From Spirochaetales bacterium (GTDB lineage: Bacteria > Bacillota > Clostridia > Christensenellales > UBA1242): a stretch of 64,000 nt of DNA. The first letter of the stretch is position 1. The number at the start of each line of letters is the position of its first letter. Shown piece after piece: positions 29,426 to 38,779 of this stretch. The DNA is taken from the NCBI GenBank assembly GCA_050178795.1, contig JBFXFT010000006.1, positions 315-64,314 on the forward strand. Reading direction: 5' to 3'. The position numbers were made by a program, and so were the translations under genes. The notes below the pieces were generated by a model, which was not told the DNA's origin, did not search any database, and saw nothing but the letters and a program-made list of their open reading frames with translations.

Positions 29426-30142
29426 ATGAATTTATTATTAGAAATATTTGATACACAATGGTGGGAGAATAATTTAGTTTTATCTATTCAAGCTATATTA
29501 TCGTTTTTAATATTAATAGGTGCTATTATTACAATAATACTTACAAATTATAATGTTAAGAAACAAATAAATAACAACAATAAACAATTAAATAGACCAT
29601 ATTTAAAGATTAAAAGTTTAAATTTATGTTCTAATTACGAATTAGAAGATAATATTTATAATATAAGTATTGGCACATATAATTCAAAAGAAAATACTAC
29701 AACAATATTATTAGAAATTGAATTTGAAAATTTAGGCGTGGGGCTTGCACACAATTTTATTATGTTGGATATGCAAAATAATAAAGATTGCTTATTTTTT
29801 AATTCAAAAATTCATAATACAGGAAATGTTTTTTCTACAATAGATATACCAGTTAATGGGATATTTAAACAAAAAATTAGATTTGATTTACATAAGAAAT
29901 TAGATGATTTTAATCAAGTTGGATCTGTTGTAATTTTCCCTACTTATTCAGATATTAACGATAATATATATACAGCATATTTACACGTTAATTGCCTTAG
30001 TGCAGAATATACATATTATCCAGAAAATACAGCAAGTTTTAAAAATATGTTATTTAAAAGAGAATTAAAGTTAGATTTAATTAAAAAAGAATATAAAGAA
30101 AGAATGATAGAAACAAGGGCTGGGCTAGATAAAGAAAGTTAA
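29426..30142 (+). CDS. Hypothetical N-terminally anchored protein in a very AT-rich gene
   Basis: RBS AAGGAG lies 8 nt before the ATG at 29426. TM helix 'ILSFLILIGAIITIILT'. No family was recognised. Confidence 0.5.
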   Translation: MNLLLEIFDTQWWENNLVLSIQAILSFLILIGAIITIILTNYNVKKQINNNNKQLNRPYLKIKSLNLCSNYELEDNIYNISIGTYNSKENTTTILLEIEFENLGVGLAHNFIMLDMQNNKDCLFFNSKIHNTGNVFSTIDIPVNGIFKQKIRFDLHKKLDDFNQVGSVVIFPTYSDINDNIYTAYLHVNCLSAEYTYYPENTASFKNMLFKRELKLDLIKKEYKERMIETRAGLDKES

Positions 30143-30162
30143 TGTTTTAATAAGGAGCAATT

Positions 30163-30654
30163 ATGAAAAAAGGGTTGATTTGTTATTATACTGAGACTAA
30201 TTCTACTAGAGATTATGCTGAAAGTATTGCGGAGGAGTTAGTTAGTGAGGGTGTGAGCGTAGATGTTTTACCAATTAATGAGGTTAAAGGCTTTGACGGT
30301 TACGACTTTTTAGTGCTTGGCGCACCTATTCAGGGCATGCAATGGGCTAAGCCTATGGTTGATTTTGCAAAGGTTAACAATGAGGCTTTAAAGGGCAAAA
30401 AAGTGGCTATTTATTTTGTTTCCTACCTAATGAAGGTTGGTAGACCTATGTGGCAAAAAGCAATTAACAAGAGTTTAGATAAGTTAAGTTTGGAACTTGG
30501 GGCTATTAGTGTGGGTAAATTTGAGGGTAGAGTTGAAAAACCTTTTCCTAAGTTTGGCAAATGGCTTTTAATGGGTAAAAATACTGCAGAAATTGACCTT
30601 GTAGACCTTGAAACAAGCAAAAATTGGGTAAATGAATTAAAAAATAGGTTGTAA
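30163..30654 (+). CDS. Flavodoxin-fold protein
   Basis: 'MKKGLICYYTETNSTRDYAESIAEEL' (flavodoxin-like N-terminal strand-loop) and 'DFLVLGAPIQG'. Confidence 0.55.
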   Translation: MKKGLICYYTETNSTRDYAESIAEELVSEGVSVDVLPINEVKGFDGYDFLVLGAPIQGMQWAKPMVDFAKVNNEALKGKKVAIYFVSYLMKVGRPMWQKAINKSLDKLSLELGAISVGKFEGRVEKPFPKFGKWLLMGKNTAEIDLVDLETSKNWVNELKNRL

Positions 30655-30721
30655 AAAACTATTTAATATTAAATATTGAAAATAGTATTTTATTATGTTA
30701 TTCTATTTATAGAGGTAAAAA

Positions 30722-31285
30722 ATGTATACGGATAATGTTTTTAAAATTATGAAAGTTGATTTAACAGTTTTAAAACTATTAGAAAAACAAGGTTTAAATT
30801 ACGATAATGTTAAAAATTTTTTAAATGAAATGCCTAAAGAATTTAAAAAACTTGTAGTAAATGGGAAAATTAACAATCTAGGTTACGATGAAGGAGAAAA
30901 TCATTGGATTTTTTTTGAGTATCAAGAAAGAGCCAGAAAGAGTACAGGAGTTGGTGCTTATTTTGAAAAACAAAGTGGAAATTATGCAAAAGGTATTACT
31001 TTTTTAAATATTTCATATAAAGAAAGTTCTTATTTTGTTAAAATTAATGAATATATTGATGGCAATGAAGTATCAGATGAAAGTTATTACTTTTATTTTC
31101 CGTCTAAAGATTTCACTTATGATGAAGGAAAAATGAAAAAAGAAGATATTATGTTTATAAAAAAAGTCAGCCATGAAAATGATCAAACAACTGAATTTGA
31201 AGGAAAAATTAATAGATATAAATTTAATCAAATAGAAAATGACATCTATAATAAAGAGCAAATTAATGATTTTGAATTACAATAA
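30722..31285 (+). CDS. Hypothetical protein (AT-rich)
   Basis: 187-aa ORF with RBS GAGG. No family was recognised. Confidence 0.45.
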   Translation: MYTDNVFKIMKVDLTVLKLLEKQGLNYDNVKNFLNEMPKEFKKLVVNGKINNLGYDEGENHWIFFEYQERARKSTGVGAYFEKQSGNYAKGITFLNISYKESSYFVKINEYIDGNEVSDESYYFYFPSKDFTYDEGKMKKEDIMFIKKVSHENDQTTEFEGKINRYKFNQIENDIYNKEQINDFELQ

Positions 31286-31387
31286 AAGAGGGTTGATTTG
31301 CTTATATATGAAGAATTTTATAAGGTAATGAGTAAAAAATGGGTTTTTATAACCTATTTTTTTTGTTTTAATTTTTTTAAAAAAGTA

Positions 31388-31424
31388 TTGACAGCATATA
31401 TTTATTATGCTATTATGTAATTAC
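31388..31424 (+). promoter_or_regulatory. Promoter of the ArsR-like gene carrying a shared 15-nt motif
   Basis: TTGACA (31388-31393), a 17-nt spacer, then TATTAT (31411-31416). The motif TTATGCTATTATGTAATTAC lies at 31405-31424 and contains the palindrome GTAATTAC. Confidence 0.55.
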
Positions 31425-31452
31425 GTAAAAACATAATAAGGAGAAATTAATT

Positions 31453-31977
31453 ATGGATAACGAAATTTTAAAGAGGTTAGAAGCATTAGAAAAGGAGGTT
31501 AAAGACCTAAAAAAGCCAGATTCAGATGCGCAAAAAACAAGTCCATTACCATTTAAAACAATAGAAAAATTACAAGAAAACAGAATGGTATTTGGTGGAC
31601 GCTATGTTGGAAACAATGTGGGTTCAACATTTGGACACGACAATCTAAACATTTTAAAGGTTTTAGAGTTAGACGATGACAAAATAAGTAAGGTCTTAAA
31701 CGCACTTGCCAACAAAGAAAGACTAAAAATTTTAAAAGCAGTTATGAAAGAGCAACTTACAATTAACGAAATTATGGAAAAATGTGGCTTTAACACGACA
31801 GGACAAGCCTATCACCATGTAAACGCTTTAGAAAAAGGTGGTTTTGTGGTTAAAAAGAATGACAGAGTTGTAATAGTTGGCAACAAAATAAGCGCATTTT
31901 TATTAGCACTTGCAAGTGTTTACCAATTTTTAAACAGCACGACACACGCACCTATAAATGTTGATGATATGGACTAA
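31453..31977 (+). CDS. ArsR-family winged-helix transcriptional regulator with an N-terminal extension
   Basis: 'LNALANKERLKILKAVMKEQLTINEIMEKCGFNTTGQAYHHVNALEKGGFV'. Confidence 0.6.
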   Translation: MDNEILKRLEALEKEVKDLKKPDSDAQKTSPLPFKTIEKLQENRMVFGGRYVGNNVGSTFGHDNLNILKVLELDDDKISKVLNALANKERLKILKAVMKEQLTINEIMEKCGFNTTGQAYHHVNALEKGGFVVKKNDRVVIVGNKISAFLLALASVYQFLNSTTHAPINVDDMD

Positions 31978-32094
31978 AAACATACAAACATATATTTTAA
32001 TTACATATTAATTTAGTTACAATAACCCTAAATACTATGTTTTACAAAAACAATAAAATTATTGGTATAAATTTCACAAATTTTATTAAAATTA

Positions 32095-32131
32095 TTGAAA
32101 TACGCTATATTTTATGCTATTATGTATTTAC
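32095..32131 (+). promoter_or_regulatory. Promoter of the small membrane protein gene carrying the same 15-nt motif
   Basis: TTGAAA (32095-32100), a 17-nt spacer, then TATTAT (32118-32123). The motif TTATGCTATTATGTATTTAC lies at 32112-32131. Confidence 0.5.
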
Positions 32132-32148
32132 TTAGCAGGAGGGTTATT

Positions 32149-32469
32149 ATGAGAAGAGGTTTTATATTTGTTATTTTCTGGGCTATAGTTGCAGCAGCAC
32201 TAGTTTATTTTAATGTTATTACATTTGTTACAGTTCCAAGCCTAAACACTATTTTGTTTGGTCAAACTTGGTTTACTGACTTTATTGCTACATTAAATTT
32301 AACTCTAAGTCAAAGCGTTCTTGCCTACATTTTAGCAGGTGCTGAACTACTTGTTGCACTAATTTTAGCAAGTTTAAGGTTGCCTTTGATTAAGTTTATA
32401 TTTGCACTTGGCGCAATTTACTTAATTTATGATGCAGCAGTTGTTTTAATGCCACTAATTATTCAATAA
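32149..32469 (+). CDS. Small polytopic membrane protein (3-4 TM)
   Basis: RBS AGGAGGG lies 6 nt before the ATG at 32149, and the ORF-track TTG at 32095 sits in the -35 element. The protein is hydrophobic throughout. Confidence 0.55.
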   Translation: MRRGFIFVIFWAIVAAALVYFNVITFVTVPSLNTILFGQTWFTDFIATLNLTLSQSVLAYILAGAELLVALILASLRLPLIKFIFALGAIYLIYDAAVVLMPLIIQ

Positions 32470-32576
32470 TAAATTATTAATATGACTTAAAAAGCAGGCC
32501 ATTGGCTTGCTTTTTTCATATTGACGCGGCAACTTTATTGTGCTAAACTTGAGTTAAGAAAAATCGGAGTATATTT

Positions 32577-33527
32577 ATGGCACTAGAAAGATTAAAAGAT
32601 TGGATTCATCACATAAGATATCGCAGTTTTGACAAGGCTTTAGCGATGGCTAATGACATTGTTAACGCCGATTTAGATGAAAGCATACCAGACGATGAAA
32701 AAGGCATAGATGCATATTGCAACATACCAGAACTTGAGTTATACCGTAAACCGCTTTCAGAAAACTCATTTGAGGCTGGTTTTCATGAAGAGATTTTTGA
32801 CTATTTACATTTGTCAAAGAAGCTAGCGGTTCTTATGTGGTTTGAACGCTTTTTGGCAAACAAAGATGACAGAGAAGAAGCATACTTTTTAATGGGAGAA
32901 GACCCAAATGGCAGACTGGTAGAAGTTAAAGATGGCGAGTTTATTTTTAACATTCCAGAATATATATTTTTTTCAGATGATTTTTTGCCTTACGATTATG
33001 CCGCTTTAATAGTTAATATGTCTGCTCAAGCAAAACTTGTTGATAGATACATAAAATTTGTTAACACTGGTAAACTTTATGAATATGATGAAAGAACTTT
33101 AAGCAGTTTGAAGTGTTATGCGCCAAGACCAGAGGCATACGAAAAAGCCTTTACTTATAAAGTTAAATGTTTTGGAACAGATAAAGAACTTAGACCAGCT
33201 GAAGAACAAATAGTTTACGAAAGCAAAATTCAAACACTAACCGAAGAAGAAAAAAGCGCACTATTGTTATATTTATTGCACCCACTTACGAGAATACAAA
33301 AAGAAGAGTTAAAAGTGCTAGACGAAATGGCAATGAGAAATGAGGCGTACATTAAAAAAGACTCTCTGTATGAAAAGTACAAAAAAGATTTTGACCATAC
33401 GATTAAATTAGAAGAAGAATTTATTACAGAACAAATTGGTAATAGGGACAGGGACGACGCCTTTTTTGAACTATATGAAAAGCAAAAAAGCGCAAAAGCA
33501 ACAACCAATAACGAAAAAGACAGATAA
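32577..33527 (+). CDS. Uncharacterised acidic protein, paralog 1 of 4
   Basis: It shares the block 'F..gFh..iF..L..skKLAVLMWFERFLA' with the next three genes. Promoter TTGACG-17-(TGC)TAAACT lies at 32521-32549. Confidence 0.6.
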   Translation: MALERLKDWIHHIRYRSFDKALAMANDIVNADLDESIPDDEKGIDAYCNIPELELYRKPLSENSFEAGFHEEIFDYLHLSKKLAVLMWFERFLANKDDREEAYFLMGEDPNGRLVEVKDGEFIFNIPEYIFFSDDFLPYDYAALIVNMSAQAKLVDRYIKFVNTGKLYEYDERTLSSLKCYAPRPEAYEKAFTYKVKCFGTDKELRPAEEQIVYESKIQTLTEEEKSALLLYLLHPLTRIQKEELKVLDEMAMRNEAYIKKDSLYEKYKKDFDHTIKLEEEFITEQIGNRDRDDAFFELYEKQKSAKATTNNEKDR

Positions 33528-33541
33528 AAAAAGGATGTAAT

Positions 33542-34558
33542 ATGAGCGTAATTGATGATATAAAAAAAGCGATTGCAGACCGCAAAGAAAGGCATAATTT
33601 TGCACTTATTGTAAGGGATGCCTACCTTTTAACTTTACAACCAGATGGATTTGGCGTAACTTATACCGAAAATGAAGAGCTTGAACAAATTGTTATTAGT
33701 GAAGCCACATATTACAAGGCTTTTTATTGGCCAGTTTGGACACAACTAGAGCCAGATGAAAAATTGGCCGTTTTAATTTTTATGGAACATAAAATGGCAA
33801 GAGAAGAGGGTAGACCAGAGGGCATATTTGTCATAGATCATTTTAATAGGAGTTTTAATTGCAGCAGAAATGGTGACAACTATTTTTATGAACTAGATTC
33901 AGCTCTATTTGGTTTTCCTTCAACTAAAACTTATTCAATAGTATCTCACACCGTTGAGGAAATTGAAGGCAGTGCCGACATAGAAAAACTTGAACTTCAA
34001 GAAGAAAAGCGAGAATATTATTCATATTTCTTCGCACAAATTGTATATAATTTGGCTAAACGAATAATGGCATACGAAAATAGTGCCAAATTAGACGAGA
34101 AAACTTTGGAATATTACAAAAATATGCCAGATGGCGGCAAAGACGAACTTGCTCACATAGTTAACTTAAATTATGAATTTCCTATGCCAGAATTTTTCCC
34201 AAAAATTCTAAAAGATTTAATGGAAGACCAAGCAGTAATAACTTTAAATAAGGAACAGTCCATTGAATATTTAAAATATATTTCTCAAGTATTTTATCAA
34301 GACGACTATGAGAGTTTAAAAAAGGTTGAGGAAAACATATATAATTTAATAACTGACGAGCAATTTGGTTTTGGAGTTGAAGACCCAATGTTTCAACAAT
34401 TTAAAGATTGGATAGAAACAGTAAAAGTTTTTGAGGCTAACGTTGCAGAGAAGCTTCTTCCTGGTAGGGAAATGATAGATATCTATATTAATTTTGTTCA
34501 TAAACAACAAGAGGAAGAAGAAACTCCAAAAGGGCAAGTACATTTAGAGAGAGAATAG
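33542..34558 (+). CDS. Uncharacterised acidic protein, paralog 2 of 4
   Basis: 'YYKAFYWPVWTQLEPDEKLAVLIFMEHKMAREEGRPEGIFVID' aligns with paralog 4 ('AYKAFNSKIWPHLYIEQKIASIQFYEEMLSIEKGRPSIPFVLD'). Confidence 0.6.
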   Translation: MSVIDDIKKAIADRKERHNFALIVRDAYLLTLQPDGFGVTYTENEELEQIVISEATYYKAFYWPVWTQLEPDEKLAVLIFMEHKMAREEGRPEGIFVIDHFNRSFNCSRNGDNYFYELDSALFGFPSTKTYSIVSHTVEEIEGSADIEKLELQEEKREYYSYFFAQIVYNLAKRIMAYENSAKLDEKTLEYYKNMPDGGKDELAHIVNLNYEFPMPEFFPKILKDLMEDQAVITLNKEQSIEYLKYISQVFYQDDYESLKKVEENIYNLITDEQFGFGVEDPMFQQFKDWIETVKVFEANVAEKLLPGREMIDIYINFVHKQQEEEETPKGQVHLERE

Positions 34559-34569
34559 AGGCATAAAAT

Positions 34570-35547
34570 ATGAAAAGCATAATATCAGGCGAAAAAATAT
34601 ACACTAGAGTAAAAGATACAATTCAATCTAGAATTTTGCTTCGCAAAAATAACCTTGAAAAACAAGAATTTAGAGCCGATAAAGAAGAATATAAACAAAT
34701 TCTTGAAGATAGAGCAGTAAATTTAATAAACAAAAATGGCAAGTGGCAAATTATTCCGCCAGAACAAATTGAAAAATATGAGGATACTTATAGAATTTTA
34801 AATATATCTGCTCATAACTATTTTAAGGGCTATCATAACGGTGTGTTTTTAAGGCTTCCTATAAGCGTTAAACTAGCAATATTGCAATGGAATGAGGACG
34901 ATTTAGCGGCACGAGACGGCATAAAAGCAGGAAAAGTTTTGCCTTCTAGGGTAAGAAAACTTGACGAAATAATAAACCTTGATCCTATATTTGTGAGTCA
35001 TTATCTGGTAGATTATAATGCACTAAAAAAGGAAACTTTGGCTTATGTTATTTCCGCAAATTTGGAGAGAAATCACAATTATCATGCCGAGATGTATAAA
35101 ATAAATAAAAAAGTTAACAGTGAGGAGCCCCTTACAAGTTATGAGAAGTTGATTTATGTAAATATGTTTAATCCACCTTATAATGAGGCACTTGACCTAA
35201 AATATGAAAACCACGAAAAGTTTACAGAGGCAGAAGAAAGGGAATATATAAAGATATACTTTTCGCCAATGAAACAAATGGAACGTAGAATTTTTAATAA
35301 CCTTTTTGGCAACTTAGAGTATGCGCAAGAATTGATTGAGGTTAGTGATGTTTACTATGAGCCGTTTAAAGAAGGTGTTTTGGCACAACACAAATTTGCA
35401 GACGAATTGTTTGATAAATACTATAAAGGATATACTCTTGAACAATTTTATGAAGAACAGTTAAAAGAACTTGGATTAAATAAAATGACTGACATAGAAC
35501 TAATGGCAGCCGTTGAAGGGGCAGAGGATGAACAAGCTATATTTTAA
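34570..35547 (+). CDS. Uncharacterised acidic protein, paralog 3 of 4
   Basis: 'NYFKGYHNGVFLRLPISVKLAILQWNEDDLAARDG' is the same block. An 11-nt gap separates it from paralog 2. Confidence 0.6.
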   Translation: MKSIISGEKIYTRVKDTIQSRILLRKNNLEKQEFRADKEEYKQILEDRAVNLINKNGKWQIIPPEQIEKYEDTYRILNISAHNYFKGYHNGVFLRLPISVKLAILQWNEDDLAARDGIKAGKVLPSRVRKLDEIINLDPIFVSHYLVDYNALKKETLAYVISANLERNHNYHAEMYKINKKVNSEEPLTSYEKLIYVNMFNPPYNEALDLKYENHEKFTEAEEREYIKIYFSPMKQMERRIFNNLFGNLEYAQELIEVSDVYYEPFKEGVLAQHKFADELFDKYYKGYTLEQFYEEQLKELGLNKMTDIELMAAVEGAEDEQAIF

Positions 35548-36373
35548 TTTAGTTGTAAAACCAAAGTTGGATCAAATTTTACTTGAGGAAGAATTTAGTG
35601 TTTCGTTGTATGCAGCAAATGGCGATGAAGAGCCTATAGAAATAACGGTTTGCCCTCAAAACGCATACAAGGCTTTTAATTCAAAAATTTGGCCTCATCT
35701 TTACATTGAGCAAAAAATAGCCAGCATTCAATTTTATGAGGAAATGTTATCAATAGAAAAAGGAAGACCATCAATACCATTTGTTCTTGATACCAAGGGC
35801 AAGTTTCTTATAGGGTTTGAACTTACAGATATTGATACCGTTAAACATACTCTTAATGTGTCTAGGATAAACAAATATTATCCAATAGCTATTGCCACTT
35901 TAATTGCCCAACAAGATAATAGAAGAGACCATTATGACGACTTTTTTAGGTACTATGAAACAGGGCTATGTAAAGACAAACAAACAGAACTTTTAATAAA
36001 GAGTTATTTAAATCAGTTTGAAGATATGACACCAAAGGCAAAGGATTTTAATAAATGGACGCTTGAACAAAAAGCAAAATATTGCCTTCGTTACAATCAG
36101 CCTTGTGCTGAAGAGTTAAGAAAGGGTGAAGAAATTGCCGAACATTACTCTGAACAGGCAGAAGCAATATTAGGTTTAGAAGATGTAACAGCCCATATCT
36201 ATATGACAAAACTTAGAAAGGAATATGAAAGGGGGCGCGCACTCTTTGACGTGATATATAAGGGCAAGACGAGGGAAGAGGTCTTTACAGTCCTATATGA
36301 TAGAATATATAAAGCAGTCGAAAGTGACAAAAATGGCGGCGCAGAAGTAGAGATTGACGTATTGGTAAAATAA
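35528..36373 (+). CDS. Uncharacterised acidic protein, paralog 4 of 4
   Basis: The ATG at 35528 is preceded by GGGGCAGAGG and overlaps the end of paralog 3 by 20 nt. It carries the shared N-terminal block and a second shared block ('YYPIAIATLIAQQ' versus 'YYSYFFAQIVYNL'). Confidence 0.6.
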   Translation: MNKLYFNLVVKPKLDQILLEEEFSVSLYAANGDEEPIEITVCPQNAYKAFNSKIWPHLYIEQKIASIQFYEEMLSIEKGRPSIPFVLDTKGKFLIGFELTDIDTVKHTLNVSRINKYYPIAIATLIAQQDNRRDHYDDFFRYYETGLCKDKQTELLIKSYLNQFEDMTPKAKDFNKWTLEQKAKYCLRYNQPCAEELRKGEEIAEHYSEQAEAILGLEDVTAHIYMTKLRKEYERGRALFDVIYKGKTREEVFTVLYDRIYKAVESDKNGGAEVEIDVLVK

Positions 36374-36427
36374 AAAAATTGCAACATCAAACTGTTGCAT
36401 TTTTTTATAAAAATTTTATTTTACTGC

Positions 36428-36457
36428 TTGACAATTAATAGTGCAAAATGTTAATAT
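36428..36457 (+). promoter_or_regulatory. Promoter of tRNA-Asn
   Basis: TTGACA (36428-36433), an 18-nt spacer ending in TGT, then TAATAT (36452-36457). Confidence 0.55.
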
Positions 36458-36477
36458 ATGACAGTCCAATACTATAT

Positions 36478-36552
36478 TCCTCAATAGCTCAGCGGTAGAG
36501 CACTCGGCTGTTAACCGATAGGTCGTAAGTTCGAATCTTACTTGAGGAGCCA
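36478..36552 (+). tRNA. tRNA-Asn (anticodon GTT), CCA encoded
   Basis: Acceptor stem TCCTCAA/TTGAGGA, D-arm 'AGCTCAGCGGTAGAGC', anticodon loop CT-GTT-AA, T-arm 'GTAAGTTCGAATCTTAC', 3' GCCA. Confidence 0.9.
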
Positions 36553-36653
36553 AATAAAAACTAGGTAAAACACCTAGTTTTTTTGTTTTTTTAATAGACT
36601 ACCTATATTGACTTATGAAAATTATGGTGTTAAAATAAAACAAGAGGTTTTTT

Positions 36654-37364
36654 ATGAGTAGCAAAAAAAATATTATATTAATTATAACAGGCATACTGAT
36701 TGTAACGATTGCAACTTTTTTGTTTGTCAATGTTGTTATAAACCCTAGTCCCACAACAATTTTTTACAATAATTCATCAAGTATTGTTGAGTTAAAGTGC
36801 GTAACAGAATCGGAAGGCGAAAGTTTTGGTACAGCCGAAATAATAAAAGATGATGGAACTCTTGTCACTAATGCCCATGTTGTTACATTTACTGAACTAA
36901 ATGTGGTTACAGAGTTTGATAGTTACTTTATACGTTTTAGTAATGAGGAAGAATATAGAGAAGTATCACTAATTAAGTATGATACGGAAAAAGATATAGC
37001 GGTGTTAAAAATAGATGACATATCATTGTTAAATATTAAGCCTATTAAAATAGGAACATCAAATAATTTAAAGTTTGGCGAAAGAGTTTATGCAATTGGT
37101 AATGGTTCAAACTATGGATTAGCTATTACTGAGGGCATAATAAGTATGCCTATAGTAAACATTGAATATTCTGAAGTTGTAAGAGAAGTTATTCAATGTG
37201 ATTTAACAATAACGGCAGGTAATAGTGGAGGAGCTCTTTTAAATAACAGGGGAGAACTAATTGGCATAACAACTTTTAGAACAAGAGATAACTCAGGAAA
37301 CACAATTTATGGAATAGCTTATTCAATTCCTATAGATGACGTTATTGAATATGTAAATTCTTAA
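36654..37364 (+). CDS. Membrane-anchored trypsin-like (S1C) serine protease without a PDZ domain
   Basis: N-terminal TM helix. Catalytic triad contexts 'TNAHVV', 'DIAVLKI' and 'GNSGGALLNNRGELIGITTF'. Confidence 0.75.
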   Translation: MSSKKNIILIITGILIVTIATFLFVNVVINPSPTTIFYNNSSSIVELKCVTESEGESFGTAEIIKDDGTLVTNAHVVTFTELNVVTEFDSYFIRFSNEEEYREVSLIKYDTEKDIAVLKIDDISLLNIKPIKIGTSNNLKFGERVYAIGNGSNYGLAITEGIISMPIVNIEYSEVVREVIQCDLTITAGNSGGALLNNRGELIGITTFRTRDNSGNTIYGIAYSIPIDDVIEYVNS

Positions 37365-37610
37365 AAAAGCAAATATTACATTTGCTTTTTTTAATTAATC
37401 GCATATATAATTAAAGCAAATTTCAACTACATATTGCTTAATTTTTTATGTCAAAAACCCCTTTTATTAAAAGCAAAAATAACCCCAAAAAATGTTGGGT
37501 ATTGACAAATTATGCCAGTATGATAAAATTGTATTAGTAATATTTCTTTGAATAAACGCAAAAAATTTATTCGTTCAGGAATTATTATTAATAAAAAAAA
37601 GGGGAATTTT

Positions 37611-38735
37611 ATGAAAAAGAACTTTTTGAAATTTTTTACAGCTGTTGGTCTTGCTTTTATTTTAGCAATTACTCCGAGCCTATTTCAAATTAATAAAACA
37701 CAACAAGCCGTAAATACAAGAACCATTGAATTATCTGTACAAGCAATGGATTACGAAAGTGTTCTAAATGAAGAATTTGATAACTTTAATTTAGTTACAA
37801 CAGACTCATTAACAACACTTACAGCAGAGAGCCTAATTAATTTATCAGACTTAGGCGAAATAGATAATTTAAGTGAAACCACTAGCGAAGAAGAACAAGA
37901 GGTGTCTGTACACTATACTTTTAGTTTTGACAGCGAAACCAACATTGTTACTTTGTTTGCAGAATTGCAAAATGGAGAAGAGGTCTTAATTGACACACTA
38001 ACTGGTGTGGCTTTCGTAAATGCGGAAGGCAATTATGACGCTTTGTTTGAAGTTGAAGGTGATTACATATTATTAAGCGAAATGCAAAATGTTGGAATGA
38101 TTGAAAACTGTGGCTGGTTTAGCAAATTGGTTAATAAAATTGTGGTAGCAGCAGTCGTTGTTGTTGCAGTTGCAGCAGTTGCAGCCGTTGTTGTGGCTAC
38201 AGCAGGTGCAGGATTAGGAGTTGTTATTGCCGTTGGCGCAGCAGCAGGTGCTGTAGCAGGCGGAGTAGCAGGCGGAGTAATATCTGTTTCTGAATATGGT
38301 ACATTAGACTGGCGATGGGTCGCTGGAGGAGTTGTTATTGGGGCTGCCTTAGGCGCAGCAACTGGCTGGGGCGTTGGCTCTTTAGCCGGAGCAGGAACTG
38401 CTGTTGCTAGCACAGCAAGTACTCTTACCGCAACTCAAGCAGACCAAGTAGAAACATTAATTAATGATGCTGGTCAAGCGGCATTAAAATATTCACAAAC
38501 TATTATCAATAATGGATATGTAGATGCAGCGAGCAGATATTATAGAGCTTATGTTGATAATTACTCACTTATTACACAAGAAATAATGAAAGCTAAAGAC
38601 CCAATTATAGAATCAACAGGTAATTTTAAATGGGTTGTTGAAGGTGCAATTGATGCTACAAGGGGTGTTTGGGAATTAGTAATTGACCCTGTCACTAAAA
38701 CAATTTTACACTTTTTATTTAATTCTAATATTTAA
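37611..38735 (+). CDS. Secreted/membrane protein: signal peptide, acidic ectodomain, Gly/Ala/Val glycine-zipper TM block, ~115-aa C-terminal domain
   Basis: 'MKKNFLKFFTAVGLAFILAI'. TM block 'VVAAVVVVAVAAVAAVVVATAGAGLGVVIAVGAAAGAVAGGVAGGV...'. C-terminal domain '...GNFKWVVEGAIDATRGVWELVIDPVTKTILHFLF'. ATG at 37611 with RBS AAGGGG. Confidence 0.55.
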   Translation: MKKNFLKFFTAVGLAFILAITPSLFQINKTQQAVNTRTIELSVQAMDYESVLNEEFDNFNLVTTDSLTTLTAESLINLSDLGEIDNLSETTSEEEQEVSVHYTFSFDSETNIVTLFAELQNGEEVLIDTLTGVAFVNAEGNYDALFEVEGDYILLSEMQNVGMIENCGWFSKLVNKIVVAAVVVVAVAAVAAVVVATAGAGLGVVIAVGAAAGAVAGGVAGGVISVSEYGTLDWRWVAGGVVIGAALGAATGWGVGSLAGAGTAVASTASTLTATQADQVETLINDAGQAALKYSQTIINNGYVDAASRYYRAYVDNYSLITQEIMKAKDPIIESTGNFKWVVEGAIDATRGVWELVIDPVTKTILHFLFNSNI

Positions 38736-38779
38736 TTAACAATAAAAAGTGAGAATACTACACAAAGGAGTTGTATTTT

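Noticed and set aside
38063-38413. 116-aa minus-strand ORF rich in Ala/Thr/Pro
   Set aside because: It is antisense to the Gly/Ala/Val glycine-zipper block, where GC-rich repeats keep the frame open.
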